Part shown: piece by piece, positions 20,884 through 32,000 of the stretch
Numbering within the stretch: position 1 is the first letter of the stretch
Layout: every line of letters begins with the position of its first letter
Source: an uncultured Candidatus Binatia bacterium
Lineage (GTDB): Bacteria; Desulfobacterota; Binatia; Bin18
Reading direction: 5' to 3'
DNA length: 64,000 bases
NCBI GenBank assembly: GCA_965214605.1
Contig: OZ243961.1
Coordinates: 3,808,001 to 3,872,000 of the forward strand
Notes under the pieces: generated by a model
Databases searched by the model: none
What the model was told of the DNA's origin: nothing
What the model saw: the letters and a program-made list of their open reading frames with translations, nothing else
Translations under genes and position numbers: made by a program

Positions 20884-21165
20884 CTAGACCTCCAGTAGCC
20901 CGCGGGCACGGATGCGGGTCAACAGCTGCTTGACATTGTCTTCAACCACCTGGCGGTCGGCGGCAGAGAACTTTTTCAGCAGGACGTCGACGATCTGGGC
21001 CACGGTCCGTTCGCCGTCACACAGCTTGAGCACCTCGGTTGCGGTGGCGTTCAGCTTGAGGGCGGCTTCGGGAAACATCAGCATGTGTTGCTGCTCGATC
21101 TTATCCCACCGTAGCCGGGCTTTTGCGGCCAGCCGGGGGCGCCAGGTTTCTTGCGGGTCAGCCAT
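20884..21165 (-). CDS. pqqD: PQQ biosynthesis peptide chaperone PqqD
   Basis: RLRWD..L.FPE...LN.TA.EVL.LCDG.RTV..I, between pqqC and pqqE. Confidence 0.93.
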   Translation of the reverse strand: MADPQETWRPRLAAKARLRWDKIEQQHMLMFPEAALKLNATATEVLKLCDGERTVAQIVDVLLKKFSAADRQVVEDNVKQLLTRIRARGLLEV

Positions 21166-21188
21166 ACGCCTGCCTCTGAATATCGGCG

Positions 21189-21920
21189 TCATTCTCCCCA
21201 CAGCGGCGGCAGCAAGCCAGGGGAGACATATGCAAAGTGAACGGCATCAAGGAGGCCCCACAGGATATGACACTTGGTTTTGAGGGCCAGGACGGCCTGC
21301 TCCTGCTGTTCGCGCGTTCTGCACTCTTGCATCACATACTCAAGGCCAAATTCAACGTCGCGCGGTGCCTGGCTCAGGCGGGCTCGAAAATACTCCAAGC
21401 CCTGCTGTTCGACCCATGGATAGTGCTCCTCAAAGGCCGGCAGGCGTCTGGCCATCAGCGTCGGGGCGAATAGTTCGGTCAACGACGAGGCAACGGCCTC
21501 CATCAGGGAGTGGTCTTTGACATAGGTCAGATAGGCGTCGACTGCAAAGCGCACGCCGGGCAGCACATAGCGCAGGTCGATCATGTCTTGCCGCTGAAGC
21601 CCGGCCGCTTCGCCTAGGACCAGCCATTTATGAATCCCGCCGTCGGGATTGTCGGTCGTGCCGTCGTGATCGAGGATGCGCTGAATCCAGGCCCGCCGCA
21701 CCGCCGGGTCCTCAATGCGGGCCATAATGGCGGCGTCTTTTTTGGGAATGATCGTCTGGTAGTAGAAACGGTTCTCAATCCAGGCCTGGAGCTGACGCTT
21801 GGTCAGCTTGCCTTTGTGCATCAGGACATGAAACGGATGCTTATCGTGGTAGCCGGCTTCGCCCACCGCGCGTAAGTGCTCGATGAATTCTTCCCGGCTC
21901 CACGTTTGTGTTGCGTTCAC
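21189..21920 (-). CDS. pqqC: Pyrroloquinoline-quinone synthase PqqC
   Basis: [47 protein letters not shown]. Confidence 0.97.
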   Translation of the reverse strand: MNATQTWSREEFIEHLRAVGEAGYHDKHPFHVLMHKGKLTKRQLQAWIENRFYYQTIIPKKDAAIMARIEDPAVRRAWIQRILDHDGTTDNPDGGIHKWLVLGEAAGLQRQDMIDLRYVLPGVRFAVDAYLTYVKDHSLMEAVASSLTELFAPTLMARRLPAFEEHYPWVEQQGLEYFRARLSQAPRDVEFGLEYVMQECRTREQQEQAVLALKTKCHILWGLLDAVHFAYVSPGLLPPLWGE

Positions 21921-21922
21921 GG

Positions 21923-22843
21923 CTACACCTCAAAGTCCATCCCATCGAAGGCTACCTCCCAGCCGGCCGCTTCAACGGCCCGCCGTTGAGCCGAGTCCTC
22001 GATGAGTACAGGGTTGGTATTGTTCAGATGGGTATAGATCTTACGGACATTGCCCAAGGTGGCCAGCTGTTCGAGACTGCCCTCCGGTCCCGTCATCGGG
22101 ATGTGACCCATTGACAGTGATGTCTTTTGGGCCAGGCCGACACTGATCATTTCGTCGTCGGTCCAACACGTACCATCTAGGAAGAAGGTATCACAGTTCT
22201 GGAGGTAGGGCAGTACGCTGTCGTCCAGGGCCTTAATGCCTGGCACATAGACCAGCGAACGACCGCTGTGGTGGTCGATAATTTTGTAGCCGACCGACGC
22301 TTCGCTCCAGTCCGACACGCGGCCCAACAGATAGGCAGGCGCTCGGCCAGGAACGACAAAAGCTTCATAGCTCAGTCCGCTCGGTTTGCCATCGACCCCG
22401 ATAAGAGCATGAGCAGCGCTGTACTCGAGACTGTGCCACATACAGCGTGGAGGGGCACACACCGTCCGAAACATGGCGTTCGTCTCCAGCAGCCAACCCT
22501 GGACTTGGCGGCTGGCGTAGAGGCTGAGGGGCTGTGACTCTCTGAGCGATAGCAGACCGGCGACGTGGTCAATTTCGGCGTTTGTTAACAGAACGGCAGA
22601 GATGGGCGTATGACGCGGGCTGCGGATAGGCTCAAGAGCGGGGAAAGTCTGAATCTGCTGACGGATATCGGGGCCGGCATTGATAAGATACCAGGCCTTA
22701 CCGTCTGCGCTGACGGCGATCGAGGCTTGGGTTCTGGCTTGGGCCTTGACTGTGCCGGCCCGGAAATTGTGACAGTTTGGGCAGTTACAATTCCATTGGG
22801 GAAAGCCGCCTCCGGCCCCAGAGCCTAGGACGTGGACCCGCAC
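21923..22843 (-). CDS. pqqB: PQQ biosynthesis protein PqqB
   Basis: [53 protein letters not shown]. Confidence 0.97.
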   Translation of the reverse strand: MRVHVLGSGAGGGFPQWNCNCPNCHNFRAGTVKAQARTQASIAVSADGKAWYLINAGPDIRQQIQTFPALEPIRSPRHTPISAVLLTNAEIDHVAGLLSLRESQPLSLYASRQVQGWLLETNAMFRTVCAPPRCMWHSLEYSAAHALIGVDGKPSGLSYEAFVVPGRAPAYLLGRVSDWSEASVGYKIIDHHSGRSLVYVPGIKALDDSVLPYLQNCDTFFLDGTCWTDDEMISVGLAQKTSLSMGHIPMTGPEGSLEQLATLGNVRKIYTHLNNTNPVLIEDSAQRRAVEAAGWEVAFDGMDFEV

Positions 22844-22866
22844 ACGCTCTTCCTTCCCATAGATAC

Positions 22867-22900
22867 AAAAACGGGCTTCTCCCTAGCTGGGGAAGCCCGC
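22867..22900 (-). terminator. Stem-loop with U-tract between pqqA and pqqB
   Basis: Minus strand GCGGGCTTCCCCAGCTAGGGAGAAGCCCG-TTTTT. Confidence 0.75.
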
Positions 22901-22924
22901 TTGCAGCAAGTTGACTGCTAAAAT

Positions 22925-23002
22925 CTACTCCGAGATCAAGATGTACATGCTCACTTCAGCGTCCATCCGAACTTCTTCAAAATCAGGCATCGTCCATTCC
23001 AC
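22925..23002 (-). CDS. pqqA: PQQ precursor peptide PqqA (25 aa, not in ORF track)
   Basis: AAGGAGG RBS and GTG start. MEWTMPDFEEVRMDAEVSMYILISE* has the W-x-x-P-x-F leader and E-x-x-x-Y core. Confidence 0.92.
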   Translation of the reverse strand: MEWTMPDFEEVRMDAEVSMYILISE

Positions 23003-23218
23003 GATCAAGACCTCCTTCTTCAGTTGATCTGTGCACTACACTTACCCTATAGGGACAGACTTGTCCACAAGCAGGAATCAGACTACCCGGAACATTATGC
23101 ATTTCGATCGAAAAGTCAAGCTGCAAAGACAAAGCTGACAAGGGGACCTCTACGGCCGGCTCGGTATTTCTGGTAGACTGTCACCCGAGCGTCACTACTA
23201 CATCAGGACTGAGCGCCG

Positions 23219-23560
23219 ATGAATATCCAGATTTTTGGTCTTAAAAAATGTGCCGAAACCCGTAAAGCCCAGCGTTTTTTCAAGGAACGCAGGATTCGTT
23301 TTCAGTTCGTCGATCTGGCCGACAAGGGTCTGTCAAAAGGCGAGCTGCGCTCGGTTGCGACCAGCGTCCCGCTTGACCAACTCCTGAACCGTTCCAGCAA
23401 GCACTTTGTTGACCGGGGGTTGACCCACGCCTGGCTTGATTCCAGACGGATTGAGACCGCGCTGCTCGAAGACCCCCTGCTGTTCAACACCCCGGTCGTG
23501 CGCAACGGCAAACAGGCGACGGTGGGTTATTGTCCGCAGGTCTGGAAGAGTTGGGAGTAA
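23219..23560 (+). CDS. ArsC/Spx/YffB-like thioredoxin-fold protein
   Basis: IQIFG.KKC.ETRKA.RFFKER.I..QFVDL..KGLS.GEL, P.L..TP.VRNG..ATVG. Confidence 0.85.
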   Translation: MNIQIFGLKKCAETRKAQRFFKERRIRFQFVDLADKGLSKGELRSVATSVPLDQLLNRSSKHFVDRGLTHAWLDSRRIETALLEDPLLFNTPVVRNGKQATVGYCPQVWKSWE

Positions 23561-23741
23561 GCACGGAGACCCAGCTCTCTGGGGGGGGGGGGACGCGGGC
23601 TACAAACCGCCTGTGAGAGCGCCTTTGCCTTGATCCTGTGCAGAAAAGCCAGTAGGCTACCGGCTGGCTCTCTGGCTCTGTTGACAAAAATTCGGCCATC
23701 AACACGGGCAGTGCCGTCTGTCCGGCCATAATGGGGGAAAT

Positions 23742-25448
23742 ATGCGACCTTGGCCAACCCTACTCATCAGTTATCTGCTGCTGATACCGCTGGCTATTCA
23801 TGCTGCTGATGCCACGCCTGACGACGCTGCCTCTGACCTGAAACCAGTCACCCAAGAACGGTTGCTGACCGGCACGGCCGAGTATCGTGACTGGCTGATG
23901 TATGGCGGCAACTACGACAACATCCGCTTTAGCCCCCTGACTGACATTGACCGCCAGAACGTCAAAAAACTCAGCCCTGCCTGGGTCTTCCAGACCGGAA
24001 TTCCGTACCAGTTTCAAGCCGCCCCAATTGTGGCCGATGGGGTGATGTACGTCTCGGCCGCCTACAACCACGTCTATGCGCTTGATGCCAAGACGGGCGA
24101 GCTAATGTGGAGATACGATCACAAAATGCCGAGCGATGCCCGCATTTGCTGTGGTCCGGGCAACCGTGGTCTGGCGATTGCGAACGACACCCTCTACATG
24201 GGCACCTTGGATGCCCGTCTGGTTGCTCTGGACCGCAGGACGGGCGAGGTGGTGTGGAATGTAGCAATTGAAAAACATCACCGGGGCTATAGCAGCACCG
24301 CAGCACCGCTGGTGGTCAAAGATCTGGTTATTGTCGGTATTGCGGGCGGCGACTATGGCGTGCGGGGGTTTTTGGATGCCTATGACGCCAAGACCGGCGA
24401 ACGGCGCTGGCGACGCTACACGATTCCAGGTGAGGGAGAGCCGGGCAACGAGACCTGGGCCGGTGACTCGTGGAAGAGCGGTGGCGGTGCGACCTGGGTA
24501 ACCGGTTCCTATGATTCGGACCAGAATATCCTGTATTGGGGGGCTGGCAACCCCGGTCCTGACTGGAACGGTGACGTGCGGGAGGGCGATAACCTGTATT
24601 CCAGCTCAGTGCTGGCGCTCAGTCCCGAGACCGGCCAGATTAAATGGCACTTTCAGTACACCCCCCACGATATTTGGGATTACGACGGCAATACCGGACT
24701 GCTGTTAGTCGATGTCAAACGGGGTGGTAAAACGGTCAAAGCGATCGTTCAGCCCAATCGCAACGGCTATCTGTATGTGCTCGACCGAGCCACCGGAGAA
24801 TACCTACACGCCACCAAGTATGTCGATCAGCTGAACTGGGCCAAGGGTCTGGACGAGAAGGGCCGTCCGATTGTTGATCCCCGCTATGTTCCAACCCCAG
24901 AGCCACAAGAGTTTATCTGTCCGGGCGCGGCTGGCGGCCAAAACGGATCGGTGACCGCCGCCTATAGTCCGCTGACGGAGCTGCTGTATGTGCCGGTGAT
25001 TGAGAGCTGTATGGAGATGCGCAAAGCGGCCGCTATCTTTGTCCAGGGGATTCCCTACTGGGGCGGCGGGCCGGGAGCAACCCAGGGCGATGACGGCTCA
25101 TCGTACGGCCACCTGTCTGCTATCGATCCCTCGACCGGCGTGATCAAATGGCAGTACAAAGACGACTATCCCTTGGTCGGTGGAACGTTGGCAACGGCCG
25201 GTAGTCTGGTCTTTACCGGGAATCAGGCCGGTTATGTCATGGCCTTTGACGCGAGGACTGGCGAGCTGTTATGGCGGTTCCAGACCGGCTCGGGAGTGCG
25301 GGGGCAGCCGGTGACCTACAAGCTTGACGGGCGGCAGTATGTGGCCGTGCCGAGCGGTGGCGGCGGATTGGCCACAACGCTCCTTGGAAAGCCGGAGCGG
25401 GTCAATCAGGGCAGCGCGCTGGTGGTGTTTGCCCTGCCGGAGTCGTAG
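23742..25448 (+). CDS. PQQ-dependent dehydrogenase, methanol/ethanol family (paralog 1, lanthanide-type WDYDG)
   Basis: Signal peptide, WLMYGG, RFSPL..I, vicinal CC (ICCG..NRG), GNP.PDWNG, HDIWDYDG, NRNG. Confidence 0.92.
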   Translation: MRPWPTLLISYLLLIPLAIHAADATPDDAASDLKPVTQERLLTGTAEYRDWLMYGGNYDNIRFSPLTDIDRQNVKKLSPAWVFQTGIPYQFQAAPIVADGVMYVSAAYNHVYALDAKTGELMWRYDHKMPSDARICCGPGNRGLAIANDTLYMGTLDARLVALDRRTGEVVWNVAIEKHHRGYSSTAAPLVVKDLVIVGIAGGDYGVRGFLDAYDAKTGERRWRRYTIPGEGEPGNETWAGDSWKSGGGATWVTGSYDSDQNILYWGAGNPGPDWNGDVREGDNLYSSSVLALSPETGQIKWHFQYTPHDIWDYDGNTGLLLVDVKRGGKTVKAIVQPNRNGYLYVLDRATGEYLHATKYVDQLNWAKGLDEKGRPIVDPRYVPTPEPQEFICPGAAGGQNGSVTAAYSPLTELLYVPVIESCMEMRKAAAIFVQGIPYWGGGPGATQGDDGSSYGHLSAIDPSTGVIKWQYKDDYPLVGGTLATAGSLVFTGNQAGYVMAFDARTGELLWRFQTGSGVRGQPVTYKLDGRQYVAVPSGGGGLATTLLGKPERVNQGSALVVFALPES

Positions 25449-26668
25449 TTCTGTCGGTTGTCAGCCGCACCAAAGACCCGGACGAAGCTCAAAAAGGCCA
25501 GAGCATAGCTGCCAAAAAAGCCAGTCAGCAGACACAGCTCCAAGACGCCCAAGGGTAGGCTGGTGGGCTTCCACAGGGATGGAACGACGAGTACATAGCG
25601 CTCCAGCCACATGCCCAGCCCAACTGCAAGCCCCAAGCCGGCGAGGGCTGTTGGCCGTTGCTTAACGCGTCGGCTGAGAAGGACCGGAAACGGAATCAAA
25701 AAGTTGAGCGTCAGGACGACTAGGCTGACCGCTGCCCACGGTTGGTAGGCTAGCCGCCGCAGCACAAAACCCGTTTCTTCTGGAAGGTTGGCGTACCAAA
25801 TCGGCAGATAATGGCACCAGAACAGATATGTCCACAGGATGCAAAAGCCAAAAATCAGCTTGCCCAGGTCGTGGGACTCGGCGGCCGTGGGCAAGTCTTG
25901 GAGGCCAAGCTTGTGTGCCCCGACCGTCCCAATCATGATGACAGCGAGTCCGACATAGATGTTGCCGACACAAAAGAAAGCGCCAAACAACGTGCTGATC
26001 CAGTGCGGGTCGAGCGACATCACTAGATCAAAGCCAATCAGGCTGAACAGTACCGCATACAGCAGAAGAAAGACCGGTGAGAGAAGCCCTAGGACCCGCT
26101 GGCTGCGGGCCTGCTCGGTCTTTGCGTCACGCCAATCGCGACGTAGCATTGCGAGGACGGTCGCGGACCAGCGATTAGTCTGGGCAGGAAGACGGTCGGC
26201 CCGGGGACGCAGCGAGTAGTACACAAAGATGAGACCCAGCGTGTACAGGACGGCCAGGGCGCAAAAATCACGGAAAAAGACAAAGCCCATATTCAGCCAG
26301 ATCTGTTTGGCTTTGATCGGTTCGTGTAGCCATGGGAACAGATAGGCCGCGCCAAACATCAGGAAGAAAAACAGACCGAAGGAAATCGGTAGCCAGGCAG
26401 CCATGGCCTCGGCCAGGCCGCGTAGAGAGCCGGCCCATTGGGCGTTGACCAAGTGTAAGATTGCGGCAAACGTAATACCGCTCAGAGCCACCCCCGACCA
26501 GAATAACCAGTTGACCAAATACGCCTGCCAGGCGCGCTGGGGGCTTATCCATATTCCAAGCCCAAAAGCCAACACGCCCAGGCCGACACAGGCCCATAAC
26601 AGCACGCCTAGCCGGGCGGACTGGAGGGAACTGGCAAACCCGGAGCGAGGTGTGGCTGGCCTAATCAT
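25406..26668 (-). CDS. actF: Alternative complex III subunit ActF (NrfD-like membrane protein)
   Basis: A.W...RR/GL.EAM, D..MSL.PHW.STLFG, HDLGKL.FGF..LW.YL.....L.IWYANLPEET, ~10 TM. The 3' end overlaps the convergent PQQ dehydrogenase. Confidence 0.85.
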   Translation of the reverse strand: MIRPATPRSGFASSLQSARLGVLLWACVGLGVLAFGLGIWISPQRAWQAYLVNWLFWSGVALSGITFAAILHLVNAQWAGSLRGLAEAMAAWLPISFGLFFFLMFGAAYLFPWLHEPIKAKQIWLNMGFVFFRDFCALAVLYTLGLIFVYYSLRPRADRLPAQTNRWSATVLAMLRRDWRDAKTEQARSQRVLGLLSPVFLLLYAVLFSLIGFDLVMSLDPHWISTLFGAFFCVGNIYVGLAVIMIGTVGAHKLGLQDLPTAAESHDLGKLIFGFCILWTYLFWCHYLPIWYANLPEETGFVLRRLAYQPWAAVSLVVLTLNFLIPFPVLLSRRVKQRPTALAGLGLAVGLGMWLERYVLVVPSLWKPTSLPLGVLELCLLTGFFGSYALAFLSFVRVFGAADNRQNYDSGRANTTSALP

Positions 26669-27213
26669 TGTTCCTGCAGATGGCGGAGGTAATTCACGAT
26701 ATCCCAGCGCTCTTTGATTGACAGCGCGTGGCCATAGCTGGGCATAATGATACCTCCGCTGCGGATCGTCGCATAGATGTAGCCGTCTTTTTGGCGTTTA
26801 ATGCGCGCGGCGTGAAGGTCTGACGACGGAATGCCTCTGCCAACAACCGGGCCATCGCCTCTGCCGTAGGGGCCATGACACGCCGTGCAGTAGATCTGAA
26901 ACAGAGTCTTGCCGCTGGCCAGGGACTCCGCTGAGGTCGGACCTGGGTTTCTAAGACGGAGCCCGGCTCTGATCCGCGCCGACATCCGCGCGGACATGGG
27001 TGGCTCAATCCCAGTCGCCGGGACGGTGTGAGGCGGTGGAGGCTGTGGGGCTGTACCGACCGCGAGTTCAGGCTGGCCGTACATGTCGGTGTTCCACGGC
27101 AGGCTATGGCCGTGCTGAGCGGCCAGGACCACCGCCGTTCCGACTAGCAGGCAAAACAGCCCCCGTTTCGCCCCGTTGGAGCACGAGGACCGGGGGTTAC
27201 ACACCTTGGCCAT
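26665..27213 (-). CDS. actE: Alternative complex III monoheme cytochrome c ActE
   Basis: DMY.QP, P.HTVP, CTACHG..G.GDG, DG.IY..I..G...MPSY...L...RW.IVNY.R.LQ. Confidence 0.85.
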   Translation of the reverse strand: MAKVCNPRSSCSNGAKRGLFCLLVGTAVVLAAQHGHSLPWNTDMYGQPELAVGTAPQPPPPHTVPATGIEPPMSARMSARIRAGLRLRNPGPTSAESLASGKTLFQIYCTACHGPYGRGDGPVVGRGIPSSDLHAARIKRQKDGYIYATIRSGGIIMPSYGHALSIKERWDIVNYLRHLQEQ

Positions 27214-29068
27214 ACACGTCTAGTGCTCCACTCGCAGTGAGGCTATCCTTGACCGCCGTCAGCTGTGAGCCTGTACAGGCCACAAACACCCCAAAGTGGT
27301 CTTCTGAAAAACGTGGGTCTTGACTAATTTCGACCGAGCGTGCGGGCAGGCGGGCGTGCAGCAACAGACCGAACAGGGTCGCCAGAGCACCGAACAGGAT
27401 GGTCATTTCAAAGCCGATAATGGCAAAAGACGGCAGGCCAATAATCGGTTTGCCGCCAGTCTGTAACGGCCAGTCTAGAGCCGTATAGATTGGCAGACCA
27501 AAACCTACACAAGCCCCCAACAGTCCGCCGGCGAGGGTAAAATATCGGATCGGGCTAGTGGACGAGCCAAACGCGCGTTGGATTTCGGGTACGGGAAAGG
27601 GCGATACCACGCTGAGTTGGGCATAGCCGCGCTGGCGGAGATGTTTGACGGCTGCAAGCAGGCTATCGAGCTGAGAAAAAATGCCTACCGCTCCGGTGCT
27701 GTGTCCGGTGAGTACTGGAGCCGTGGGCGCCTCCCCGTCCGGGCGAGTCGGCGAGAGATCCGCTGAAGGCAAGTGCTCTTTGACCTCGACTAGTGAGACC
27801 AGCGGCAGAAACTTGATGAACAGCAGGAACCACAGGAAAAACCAGGCAAAGCTGCCAACGGTAATCCCGACCTCGACCCACGACGGCTGGTACAAGCCCC
27901 AGGTCGACGGATTAAACTCGTGGGCCAGAGACGAGACAATAATAACAAAGCGTTCCAGCCACATCCCGACGTTAATCAGCAGCGAAATACCGAACAGCCA
28001 CAGCGTATGGGTCCGAATTGAGCGCACCCACAGCAGCATTGGCACCACGCAGTTACAGAAGACCATCAGCCAAAAGAGGTGGCGGTAATCGCCAAACGCC
28101 CGATACCAGAAGATTTCACGCTCAAACGGATTCCCGCTATACCAAGCAATGAAGATCTCGCTAACATAGGCGTAGCTGAGAATCAGCGAGGTGAGAATGA
28201 TCATTTTGCCCAGATTATCGAAGTGGGTCGAGGTAATATATGCTTCGAGGCCAAAGATCCGCCGTAGCGGAATCAGTAGCGTCAGAACCATGGCCAGACC
28301 TGAGAAAATCGCTCCGGCCACAAAGTAGGGAGCAAAAATTGTGCTGTGCCAGCCCGGTACCAGAGCCATGGCAAAGTCCCAAGACACCACGCTGTGAACC
28401 GAGACGACAAGCGGTGTGGCCAGAGCGGCAAAAAAACCGTAAGCGCTGAGATAGTGCAGCCACTGGCGGTTCGTGCCCTGCCATCCCAAGGACAGGAGAC
28501 CGTAGATTGTGCGCAGCCGCCCGCGGGCTCGGTCGCGGGCGGCTGCCAGATCAGGAATGAGGCCGATGTACCAGAACATCGTGCTGACCGCAAAGTAGGT
28601 GCTAATCGCAAAGGCATCCCAGACCAACGGAGACTGAAAATTAACCCACAGCTGACGCTGGTTCGGATAGGGGAGCAGCCAGTAAAAGTTCCACGCCCGG
28701 CCCAGGTGGATAATTGGAAACAGGGCGGCGGTCATTACCGCAAAAATCGTCATCGCTTCCGCACTCCGGGCGATAGACGTGCGCCAGCGGGCCCGAAACA
28801 GAAATAAGACCGCCGAGATCAGGGTTCCGGAGTGGGCAATGCCGACCCAGAACACAAAATTCGTGATATACACGCCCCAGCTTACCGGGTGGCTCAAACC
28901 CGTCACTCCCAGTCCAGCCTCAATCTGGTATCCCCAGCAGTACAGGCCAAAGGCCAAGACCGCCAGATCGCAGACCAACAGGATCAACCAGGTCTTGGCT
29001 GGGGCTGAGAAGGCCTGGCTGAGAAGGTCGCGGTTGACCTGGCGATAGCTGAGTGTCGTAGTTTCCAT
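27197..29068 (-). CDS. actC: Alternative complex III ActC (NrfD/PsrC) fused to ActD (DUF3341)
   Basis: WG.YITNFVFWVGIAHSGTLISA, R.AEAMT.FA, SPL.WD, SVHS.VS.DFA..PGWHSTIF.PYFVAGAI, then a linker, then ActD-like GIF...LL.A...SPFPV..DWPL..GGKP...FE.TILF. Confidence 0.88.
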   Translation of the reverse strand: METTTLSYRQVNRDLLSQAFSAPAKTWLILLVCDLAVLAFGLYCWGYQIEAGLGVTGLSHPVSWGVYITNFVFWVGIAHSGTLISAVLFLFRARWRTSIARSAEAMTIFAVMTAALFPIIHLGRAWNFYWLLPYPNQRQLWVNFQSPLVWDAFAISTYFAVSTMFWYIGLIPDLAAARDRARGRLRTIYGLLSLGWQGTNRQWLHYLSAYGFFAALATPLVVSVHSVVSWDFAMALVPGWHSTIFAPYFVAGAIFSGLAMVLTLLIPLRRIFGLEAYITSTHFDNLGKMIILTSLILSYAYVSEIFIAWYSGNPFEREIFWYRAFGDYRHLFWLMVFCNCVVPMLLWVRSIRTHTLWLFGISLLINVGMWLERFVIIVSSLAHEFNPSTWGLYQPSWVEVGITVGSFAWFFLWFLLFIKFLPLVSLVEVKEHLPSADLSPTRPDGEAPTAPVLTGHSTGAVGIFSQLDSLLAAVKHLRQRGYAQLSVVSPFPVPEIQRAFGSSTSPIRYFTLAGGLLGACVGFGLPIYTALDWPLQTGGKPIIGLPSFAIIGFEMTILFGALATLFGLLLHARLPARSVEISQDPRFSEDHFGVFVACTGSQLTAVKDSLTASGALDVYGQGV

Positions 29069-29092
29069 GCCGCAGGGGTGAGCCGCCAGCCT

Positions 29093-32000
29093 TTAGCTGC
29101 CTCTGCGCTTGACGACTCTTTTGAGGTAGGTCACCGCCGGTTTGGTGTTGAGGTGCTCCAAGATGGTGTAGGCGCGTAGGTCTTGGTGGTGCTGGGAGAC
29201 GACGCTATGGGGGTCTTCCAGGTTACCAAAACGAATCGCCTGGGTTGGGCACGTCTGGGCACAGGCTGGGGTGATCTCGCCGTCCCGGACCGGACGGTTT
29301 TCGTCTTTGGCCCGATCTTTGCCCTCCTGAATCCGCTGGACGCAGAAGGTGCACTTCTCCATCACCCCAGCTTCTCGTACGGTGACATCGGGGTTAAGCT
29401 GAAGGTGGAGCGGTTCGGGCCACTCGGCCTGCGACCAGTTGAAACGGCGTACCTTATAGGGACAGTTGTTCGAGCAGTAGCGGGTGCCGACGCACCGGTT
29501 GTAGATCTGGGCGTTTAGGCCCTCCGGACTATGATAGGTGGCGTACACCGGGCAGACTGGCTCGCATGGGGCGTTGCCGCACTGCTGACACAACATGGGG
29601 GCAAAGGCCACCGTCGGGGCATCGGGGTCCCAGTGCTGGGGGGAAGTATCCGTAAAATAGCGCTCAATCCGCAGCCAGGCCATCTCACGACCCTGGGCTA
29701 CCGATTCCTTGCCGACCGTCGGGATATTGTTCTCGGCGTAACACGCCGTCACACACGCCCCGCACCCGATACAGGCCGATAGGTCGACCGTCATGCCCCA
29801 GCGGTATTGTTCGTACTCCAATTCAGGGTACATGTCGTACCCACTGTGTCCGTTATGGTAGCCATCGCCGGACGGTGCGCCGGGGCCGGTGTTGGACTGC
29901 TCGGCCAGCGCGGCCGCTGTGACGGATTGGGCTATACCACGCCCGATCTGGGTGTGACTGCCTGTCGTGGTGACGAGGGGCTCACGGCGTCCGGCCCGCG
30001 CGACTTGCACCCGGGTCGAGAACCAGGCCAACCCCCCATCCTTGGCGTCGGCCGGCAACAGGTGAATCGGGTTGGCACCGCGTCCGGTCGCATAGCGACC
30101 GTAGCTGGTATGGCCCTGGCCAACCGGCATGGCCAGCAGGTCCGACTGCATGTGGGGGTACAGGTGGGCCGGGGCTTCAAGCATGCCGTGATCCGAGCGC
30201 AGGATCAGCACGTCGCCGTCCTGGATGCCAAGCCGAGCCGCGGTCTGGGGATGGACATCGATCCAAGAGTCCCACACCACCTTGGTTATTGGATCGGGCA
30301 GCTCCTGCAGCCAAGGTTTGTTTGCTCCCCGCCCGTCAAAATAGCGTGAGGACGGATACAGCATAAGGGGCAGGGAGGAGTCTTGAGGACCGGACAGTTC
30401 CGGCACCTCAAACGTCTGATCGTAGACGGCTGCCGACAGTTCGACTGTTATCGGTCGGGTCGCTTCCCAGTAGCCTCCGCGCTGCACGGCCTCCCGCCAA
30501 AAGGTGTCAAAATCCGGCTCTGTCTCGGGTACGGCCCGGTGGTAAATCGTCTTCCATGAGTCCTGGAGACACTCAAAGAAGTTGTTCCAGGGCAGGGGAG
30601 CTTGGTTGGGGACCTCTTCGTTGGGTTCCGGCGCTGCGTGTGTCCGAGTTGGGGCCGCTTGAGACAGTTGGGCAGCAACCGAGAGCAAGACATCACCCAT
30701 TGGCCGGGTGTCAAAAACCGGGGCCATAACCGGCTGCATCAAGGCGTGAACACCAGGACGCGGACTGCTATCGCCCCAGCTCTCCAGCGGGCTGTGGTCG
30801 GGCAGCACGAGGTCGGCACGCTTGGTCGTCTCATCAAGGAAGGACGAGAAGCTGACGATAAAAGGGACCTGTTCAAGGGCCTTGGCAAATCCGCTGGCCT
30901 GGGGCGTGCTAAAGACCGGGTTGGTATGAGCCAACAGCAGGAGCGGGACATAGCCGTCCTGCATTGCTGTGATAAGCGATTGGAGCGAGGTATAGGGATG
31001 CACCTGCCTTGGTCTGTGGTCGGCTTCAAACTGAACGGTCTGACCAATATTACCGGCCACGTAGTTCAGCACTAGGACGGCCACCTGACTTGCCGTCGCC
31101 TGTCGTGAGCTTGTCGCCACTCCACTCCCAATCGCCAGGCTTGGCCGCCGAGTCGCAAAATCGTGGGCTAGGTTTTCAATTCGCCAGGTCGGCACCCTTG
31201 TCAGCTCGGCGACCCGCTGCAACGAGTAGGGGGCCAGCAGGGCGCTAAATTTTTGCACTTCCGACGCTGACAGTGTATTGGAGAGCTTTTTGTCAACAAT
31301 GATTCGGGCCATACCGAGAGCCACAAACGCCTCTCTGCCGGCTTGAATACTGATCCACGTATCAGCGTTCGCACCGGTTTGCGACAACCGCGGTTCGACC
31401 TGAACAAAGCGGCCGGCCCCGCTTCGCATTTTGCCAAACGCCTTGGCGTAGGCGACCGGGGAGCGCCACGTCTCCAGAAAGTCTGCGCCAAAGCCGACCA
31501 GAAACCTGGCCTTGTCTATCGCATAGCTGGGTGTGGGATGATTAAAACAAATCTCACTTGCCTCGTGCAGCGACTCATAGGCAAACGGTTCATAGATGAC
31601 CATCCGCTGCGAGCCAAGTCTGCCTAACCATTGATTCACCAAGTGCTGCAGACTGTCGCCGAGCTGGCTGGCCAGAAACGCCGTCTGAGCCAGCTGGCCT
31701 TGGGCGCGGAGGGTCCGGAGTTTGTCTACCAGGGTCTGTTGGGCATCGTGCCACGAAATCGCCCGCAGGGTTCCAGCCGCGTCTCGGGCTAGCGGTTGGC
31801 GGATCCGGTCTGGATTATACAGTCCTTGTAGCGCCGCCTGGCCCCGGGCACACAAGGCGCCGGCGTTGACCGGCTGAGATGGGTTGCCCTCGGCTTTGAC
31901 CGCCCGGCCCTCGCGGGTGCGGACTAGCATGCCGCAGCCGGCTGGACATTCTCGACAGGTAGTGGCGTAGTAGCTGGCAACTCCGGGGACGATGTCCTCG

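Noticed and set aside
23581-23592. G12 tract upstream of PQQ-DH1 as a phase-variable promoter
   Set aside because: Not positioned between recognisable -35/-10 elements, and it may be a homopolymer artefact.
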